A stretch of 64,000 nucleotides of DNA, from NCBI GenBank assembly GCA_034435555.1, contig DAOTXC010000195.1:697-64696 (forward strand). The letters run 5' to 3'. The stretch comes from Anaerolineae bacterium (lineage in GTDB: Bacteria > Chloroflexota > Anaerolineae > B4-G1 > SLSP01). Made by a program: the position numbers and the translations under genes. The notes under the pieces are model-generated. The model did no database searches. It worked only from the letters and a program-made list of their open reading frames with translations, and was not told where the DNA came from. This document shows, piece by piece, positions 59,564 to 64,000 of the stretch (positions are counted from its first letter, which is position 1; the number at the start of each line of letters is the position of its first letter).

Positions 59564-59746
59564 TTACGCTTCATCCTCGCGCTCGGTCGTTGTCCTCGCG
59601 GTGCTCTCGCCGCTCAAACCCTCACGAAATCCACGGATGGCCTTGCCCAATTCCGGCCCCAAGCGCCCCACCCGATCCGGCCCCATGAGCAGGAGCAAAA
59701 TCGCCAACAACAGTAACAGTTCCATCGGTCCCAAATTGCGTAACAT
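59564..59746 (-). CDS. tatA: TatA-family translocase protein
   Basis: 60 aa with the MELLLLLAILLLLMGPDRVGRLGPELGKAIRGFREG motif (F-G hinge). Confidence 0.8.
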   Translation of the reverse strand: MLRNLGPMELLLLLAILLLLMGPDRVGRLGPELGKAIRGFREGLSGESTARTTTEREDEA

Positions 59747-59819
59747 GGTCGTCCTCCCTAATACGCTATGGACAGCCTTTTTTCCAACAGATGCAACAAG
59801 TATACTACAAAGGCATCAA

Positions 59820-59848
59820 AAGGCCCGCCAGTTCTCCAGCGGGCCTTG
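59820..59848 (-). terminator. hairpin plus U-rich tract downstream of tRNA-Arg on the minus strand
   Basis: AAGGCCCGC-N10-GCGGGCCTT followed on the minus strand by TTTGATGCCTTTGT. Confidence 0.45.
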
Positions 59849-59896
59849 CTATCACTTGAGGGCATACCATCACACGCTTGTTCTAACACATCCTCT

Positions 59897-59973
59897 TGGC
59901 ACCCCCGGTGAGACTCGAACTCACAACCTACGGATTAGAAGTCCGCCGCGCTATCCAATTGCGCCACGGGGGC
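59897..59973 (-). tRNA. tRNA-Arg (anticodon TCT), CCA encoded
   Basis: Cloverleaf with acceptor stem GCCCCCG/CGGGGGT, anticodon loop CTTCTAA, T-loop TTCGAGT and a 3' GCCA. Confidence 0.85.
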
Positions 59974-59981
59974 ATCATCAC

Positions 59982-60434
59982 CTACAAATCGGGGAGAACC
60001 GGGCGGATCCCCTTGCGCCCTCTGCGCGAAGCCAACACGCGCAGAATCTGCTCCGGCAGTTGCCCTACCAGCGAAGCCAGTTGGTTGCAAGACAAGGGCT
60101 GATTGCCGTTGCTCAAGAAGACCCGGAAGATCGCCTCGGTCAGAGTAGGCGCTTGGGAGATGTAACCAGGTTCCTGGCTACAATGTGTCGTGATGATGTA
60201 TTGCAGACCATCAACCTGTCGCACGGCCCCCGTCTGCCAGTCAACCCAATCAATCTTCCCCTGCACCTTTTGCCCGGCATACGCTTCACGATGCTCCAAA
60301 CACAGGTGCGCCAACAGCTCTACATTGAAATCCAAGCCCTTGCGTACCCACCACTCAAAATCTATGTGAAACGGCGTATCTACAGTAGGCTTGATAAACT
60401 GCGCTAACGCCGGGTTGGGTGGAAGTGTCGCCAT
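59982..60434 (-). CDS. hypothetical protein (150 aa), translationally coupled to the upstream 521-aa gene
   Basis: Long ORF with coding-like composition. Its start ATG overlaps the upstream stop (TAATG). It ends 9 nt from tRNA-Arg. No recognisable motif. Confidence 0.5.
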   Translation of the reverse strand: MATLPPNPALAQFIKPTVDTPFHIDFEWWVRKGLDFNVELLAHLCLEHREAYAGQKVQGKIDWVDWQTGAVRQVDGLQYIITTHCSQEPGYISQAPTLTEAIFRVFLSNGNQPLSCNQLASLVGQLPEQILRVLASRRGRKGIRPVLPDL

Positions 60435-61999
60435 TAATCACCACCTCGATAGGCCCAATAATTGTCCCCCAGCGCCTCGTAGCGCGGGTTCCCCAACAAA
60501 GTCGCCACCAGGGGAGCCGGAGGAACACGGCGCAGCAGGTTGACGGCGCTGTAGAGCGTCGCCCCATGCACTGCGCGCTGCAGGCTCAAAGCGGCCAGCC
60601 CGCTGAATACCTGCTCGATCAACTTTTCTAGCGGCTCATGCCGCAACTCGGACGCCAATTCATCAATCTCTGCTGGATCGGGAACGACGACCACCGACAG
60701 CTCATCGTACTTGCAGGCCATCGGCATCGGTTTCACCTCGAAGTAGATGCGCCCATCCTGCACGGTAGCCGTGCGCACCCACTCGCTGCGACGCGACCGG
60801 ACCCGGCGCACATCCACCGTGACCTGATCGGGGTGCTCCCCCGCCTTGAGGTCAACGAAGGTGCCCACTGTCACGCCCAGCTCGTCGTACCAGGCCTCCA
60901 GGCCGTAGACGTAACGATGATTGCGGACGACCCAGCCGGGGAAGGTCTTGCCCGTGCGCCCATCCACAAAGGAAAAGCGCACCCGATTGGTCAATCGCGC
61001 CGTGGGGAAGAGCTGCGCGAAGCGCGCCGCCAACGGCAAGGTGCCACTGCGCCAATGGGGATAGATGAGCTTGAGTGTGACCATGTCCTCATCCAGCTGC
61101 GCACCAAATGTTGTTTCTGCCCACTCATCGTCCACCTGCGCCTCAAGCGCCAACATCCCCTCATCCAACAAGCTCCGATTGTAAGGGATCGGCATATAGC
61201 GCAAATGCTCTGGGATTTGCAATACCGCCTGCGGCTCCATACGCATCAAATACCACTGCGCCTCGCCCGCAGGCCCCACCTCATCGAAGCGCGCATCCTG
61301 TTGCAGGGCGCACTCCAGCGAGAAGAGCTGCAAACGGCCCGCGATCTCACCGGGCAACTCGAGCTCATCCAAGAGCGCCTGCGTCGGCAAGGGGCCGCCG
61401 CCCGCCATATCCAGCAACGCCTCCGCGATGTTGAGCTGCCCTGCGGAGATTTCCACCACCAGTTCCTTGAGGAACCACTGAGGCCCCATCGAAATAAACT
61501 GCGGACTCTCTCGCAAGGCCGCCGCCAGCGCAGTCGAAACCCGCTCACCGTGAAGCGCGTAGAGCTCTTCCGGCGTCGCCTCCCCGGAGGGCAGATAGGT
61601 CGCACGGTCCAGAGGATGCTCGACGGGCAACGAAGCTGCGAATTGCTGTGACTTGCCACCCTCGAAGGCTATGGTGAGCACGGTGAAAGGTTCGTACTCT
61701 GGATTGTGACCCGGACGCACCTCGACGACCTCACCCAAACGATTGCCCGAATTGGGGAAGAGCACCTGCTCGCCCACTTGATAGGTCTCGCCAGGCCGAT
61801 AGATGCGTCCCTGCGCCAACGTCTCCTCAGCCAAAGTCAACAGTTGTTGGTAGCGATAGCGGACCAGCTCCTGGGTCAACTGCTCGATGGTCTTGGGACT
61901 TTCTGTTTCAACGAGGAAGTTTGCCAAACGCTCCAGGTCAGCCGGCGCTACTTTGAATTGTAACCAATATTGGTCTTTCACAACCTCATTCACATTCAT
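60434..61999 (-). CDS. hypothetical protein (521 aa), soluble, no recognisable catalytic motif
   Basis: Uninterrupted 1.56-kb ORF with GC3-rich codon usage like its neighbours. A possible small beta-barrel/KOW-like segment (GRIYRPGETYQVGEQVLFPN...LGEVVEV) lies near the N-terminus. Confidence 0.55.
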   Translation of the reverse strand: MNVNEVVKDQYWLQFKVAPADLERLANFLVETESPKTIEQLTQELVRYRYQQLLTLAEETLAQGRIYRPGETYQVGEQVLFPNSGNRLGEVVEVRPGHNPEYEPFTVLTIAFEGGKSQQFAASLPVEHPLDRATYLPSGEATPEELYALHGERVSTALAAALRESPQFISMGPQWFLKELVVEISAGQLNIAEALLDMAGGGPLPTQALLDELELPGEIAGRLQLFSLECALQQDARFDEVGPAGEAQWYLMRMEPQAVLQIPEHLRYMPIPYNRSLLDEGMLALEAQVDDEWAETTFGAQLDEDMVTLKLIYPHWRSGTLPLAARFAQLFPTARLTNRVRFSFVDGRTGKTFPGWVVRNHRYVYGLEAWYDELGVTVGTFVDLKAGEHPDQVTVDVRRVRSRRSEWVRTATVQDGRIYFEVKPMPMACKYDELSVVVVPDPAEIDELASELRHEPLEKLIEQVFSGLAALSLQRAVHGATLYSAVNLLRRVPPAPLVATLLGNPRYEALGDNYWAYRGGD

Positions 62000-62192
62000 A
62001 ATCCTTCAATCTAAGGGTGCATCAAACGGCACCTTCTCAATCTCATCTCTGAGATATTAGTGCAAGTCCTACTTTTTAAGAGCCTTCATCATTCTCGAAT
62101 CCGCCCGAATTATACCAGCAATGAAAGAGATTGACAAATACGAAGAAATAGCGCAAACTATATATAGAGAACTTTGTTTAAGGAGGTGTGTG

Positions 62193-62471
62193 ATGGTCCG
62201 CAAAGAGGAAAATATCGGATTGGTGACCGTACATGTGACAGAGGGGATGTTGCGGGCGATGGTCGTTCGCGGGGCGCTTGAGAGCGCCGGCATTCCCGTG
62301 ATGCTCAGCTATGAATCCGTCACGCCGATGCAGGTAAAAGTGGAAAGTAGCGGGCAGGTGCGGGTGATGGTGCCCACGGAATGGGCTGACGAAGCCGAAA
62401 TGCTCCTCGCGAGCACGCCGCGTACGGGTGAGATCTTCTCGGTACCGGCTGATGTCCACAAAAAGGGTTAA
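62193..62471 (+). CDS. small DUF2007-like (putative signal-transducing) protein
   Basis: ATG at 62193 lies 6 nt after AGGAGG; 92 aa. The segment EGMLRAMVVRGALESAGIPVML resembles the DUF2007 beta-alpha-beta core. Confidence 0.5.
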   Translation: MVRKEENIGLVTVHVTEGMLRAMVVRGALESAGIPVMLSYESVTPMQVKVESSGQVRVMVPTEWADEAEMLLASTPRTGEIFSVPADVHKKG

Positions 62472-62637
62472 GGCAACGCGCAACACGCCCGACCCACACA
62501 GCGCATAACCAAACCAGGCGCTACAAGCATCGCTTGAGCCTGGCTCTGTCGTCTTGACAGAGCCAGGCTTACTTTTTGCTCACCCAAATGTGGTACAATG
62601 GCGCAACACAGCACACGACTGGAGAAGGAGCGTGACT

Positions 62638-63987
62638 ATGCCTGAATTGACGATTATCGGAGGAGGATTGGCCGGCAGCGAGGCCGCCTGGCAGGCGGCG
62701 CAGCGCGGCGTCGCCGTGCGACTCTACGAGATGCGCCCCCAGCAGACCACGCCCGCGCACCTCAGCGATGCACTCGCCGAGCTCGTCTGCTCCAATTCGC
62801 TCGGCTCTGATTTGCCGGGCCGCGCCTCAGGGCTGCTCAAGGAGGAGCTTCGCCGGCTGGATTCCCTGCTCATCGCCACCGCCGACGCTCACCGCGTTCC
62901 AGCGGGCAGCGCGCTGGCCGTTGACCGCGAGGGCTTCGCCGCCGCCATCACCGAGCGCATCCGCAGCCATCCCCGCATCACGCTCATCCGCGCCGAAGTG
63001 ATGGCAATCCCCACCGGCCCCACCATCATCGCTAGCGGGCCACTCACCTCCCCGGCGCTGGCCCAGGCGCTCCAGGCCCTCACCGGACAGGAGGCGCTCT
63101 ACTTCTACGATGCTATCGCTCCCATCGTCGAGGGCGATTCCATCAACTTCGAGGTGGCCTTCCGCGCTTCGCGTTATGGGCGGGGTGAGGAGGCTGAGGG
63201 CGACTATATCAACTGCCCGCTCGACCAGGAGGCGTATACCCGCTTCCGCGAGGCCCTGCTCACCGCCGAGCGCATCCCGCTGCGCGACTTCGAGCGCGAG
63301 GACGCGCACTTCTTCGAGGCCTGTCTGCCCGTCGAGGTGCTGGCCGCGCGCAGCGAGGAGGCGCTGGCCTTCGGGCCGTTGCGCCCGGTGGGGCTACGCG
63401 ATCCGCGCACGGGACGGCGGCCCTACGCCGTCGTACAATTACGGCAGGATGACGCCGCTGGCGCGCTCTACAATCTCGTCGGCTTCCAGACGAATCTCCG
63501 CTACGGCGAGCAGGATCGCGTGCTGCGCCTGATCCCCGGCCTGGAAAATGCTGTCTTCACGCGCTACGGCTCGATGCACCGCAACACCTACCTCAACGCG
63601 CCGCTGCTGCTCCACCCCACCCTCCAATTCAAAACACGCCCGACGCTCTTCTTCGCCGGGCAGATCGCCGGGTTGGAGGGCTACGCCGGCAACATCGCGG
63701 GTGGCTGGGTCGCCGGCGTCAATGCGGCGCGGCTGATCCAGGGCCAACCGCTGCTCCAACTCCCGCCCGACACAATGATCGGCGCGCTGCTCCACTACAT
63801 CACCCATGCCGCTGCCGATAACTTCCAACCGATGAAGGCCAACTTTGGCCTTCTGCCCTCGCTGGAGACGCCCGTGCGCGGCAAACGCGCGCGCGGCGAG
63901 GCCCGCGCCGCCCGCGCCCTGGATAGTCTGGCGCACTGGCAGGCTGAAATGGATCTGTCTATGCCCACCAGCCATCGCATCAGTTAA
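62638..63987 (+). CDS. trmFO: methylenetetrahydrofolate--tRNA-(uracil54-C5)-methyltransferase TrmFO (Gid)
   Basis: [21 protein letters not shown]-binding start after AGGAG. The CSNSLGS catalytic-Cys motif is present, and the length and pattern match TrmFO. Confidence 0.9.
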   Translation: MPELTIIGGGLAGSEAAWQAAQRGVAVRLYEMRPQQTTPAHLSDALAELVCSNSLGSDLPGRASGLLKEELRRLDSLLIATADAHRVPAGSALAVDREGFAAAITERIRSHPRITLIRAEVMAIPTGPTIIASGPLTSPALAQALQALTGQEALYFYDAIAPIVEGDSINFEVAFRASRYGRGEEAEGDYINCPLDQEAYTRFREALLTAERIPLRDFEREDAHFFEACLPVEVLAARSEEALAFGPLRPVGLRDPRTGRRPYAVVQLRQDDAAGALYNLVGFQTNLRYGEQDRVLRLIPGLENAVFTRYGSMHRNTYLNAPLLLHPTLQFKTRPTLFFAGQIAGLEGYAGNIAGGWVAGVNAARLIQGQPLLQLPPDTMIGALLHYITHAAADNFQPMKANFGLLPSLETPVRGKRARGEARAARALDSLAHWQAEMDLSMPTSHRIS

Positions 63988-64000
63988 ATAGACTGACCTG

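Noticed and set aside
1-64000. Genomic island or prophage signals near the three tRNA loci
   Set aside because: There is no integrase, recombinase, transposase, phage structural gene or direct repeat of a tRNA 3' end. GC content and codon usage look uniform apart from short AT-rich promoter regions.

Overview
The window reads as a high-GC (about 65-70%) bacterial chromosomal segment, probably from a Chloroflexota-like organism, with dense housekeeping coding on both strands. No integrase, transposase, CRISPR array or phage genes are visible. In order, the window contains:
- a UbiA prenyltransferase, tRNA-Pro, uppP and a PstS-like binding protein;
- a β-lactamase-like protein whose catalytic residues appear substituted;
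- a PAS histidine kinase/OmpR two-component pair, followed by a REC-only regulator and a four-domain S1 RNA-binding protein;
- a GyrI-like/YafY (WYL) divergent pair;
- an oxidative-stress locus (Fur/PerR-family regulator, a truncated glutathione-peroxidase remnant abutting an intact 1-Cys peroxiredoxin);
- a seven-gene operon, divergent from the Fur-family gene, made of a MoaD-like carrier, a tungsten/molybdopterin aldehyde:ferredoxin oxidoreductase (AOR), a ferredoxin, an HdrA-MvhD fusion, a C-terminally membrane-anchored HdrC, HdrB and a polyferredoxin, closed by a strong intrinsic terminator; this is the most system-like candidate in the window;
- a 7TM multi-PAS/GAF hybrid kinase and a GT-C-like membrane glycosyltransferase;
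- murA, an MscS channel, a DUF62 SAM-hydroxide adenosyltransferase, murJ and glgC;
- a tldD/pmbA pair, mrp/apbC, def, a cNMP-binding double-bPH membrane protein, a GT4 glycosyltransferase, a zinc-ribbon cold-shock protein and gyrA;
- an HExxH membrane protein and a zinc-ribbon/adenylyl-cyclase/AAA/TPR signalling protein;
- a subtilisin (S8) with a roughly 260-aa tail built from about 37 tandem Trp-containing GGPESWA heptads (near-identical 21-nt DNA repeats);
- tandem tRNA-Met genes (one initiator-like);
- a split PEP-utilising phosphotransferase whose ATP-grasp half lies behind an intrinsic terminator and lacks its N-terminus;
- an oxidative pentose-phosphate operon (pgi, gnd-like, zwf, pgl) in which the gnd-like gene carries a +1 frameshift and runs without a stop into a zwf lacking its GxxGDLA NADP-binding N-terminus;
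- degV, tatCBA, tRNA-Arg, a translationally coupled pair of uncharacterised genes, a DUF2007-like gene and trmFO.

All functional calls are made from recognisable motifs in the supplied translations, without database searches.
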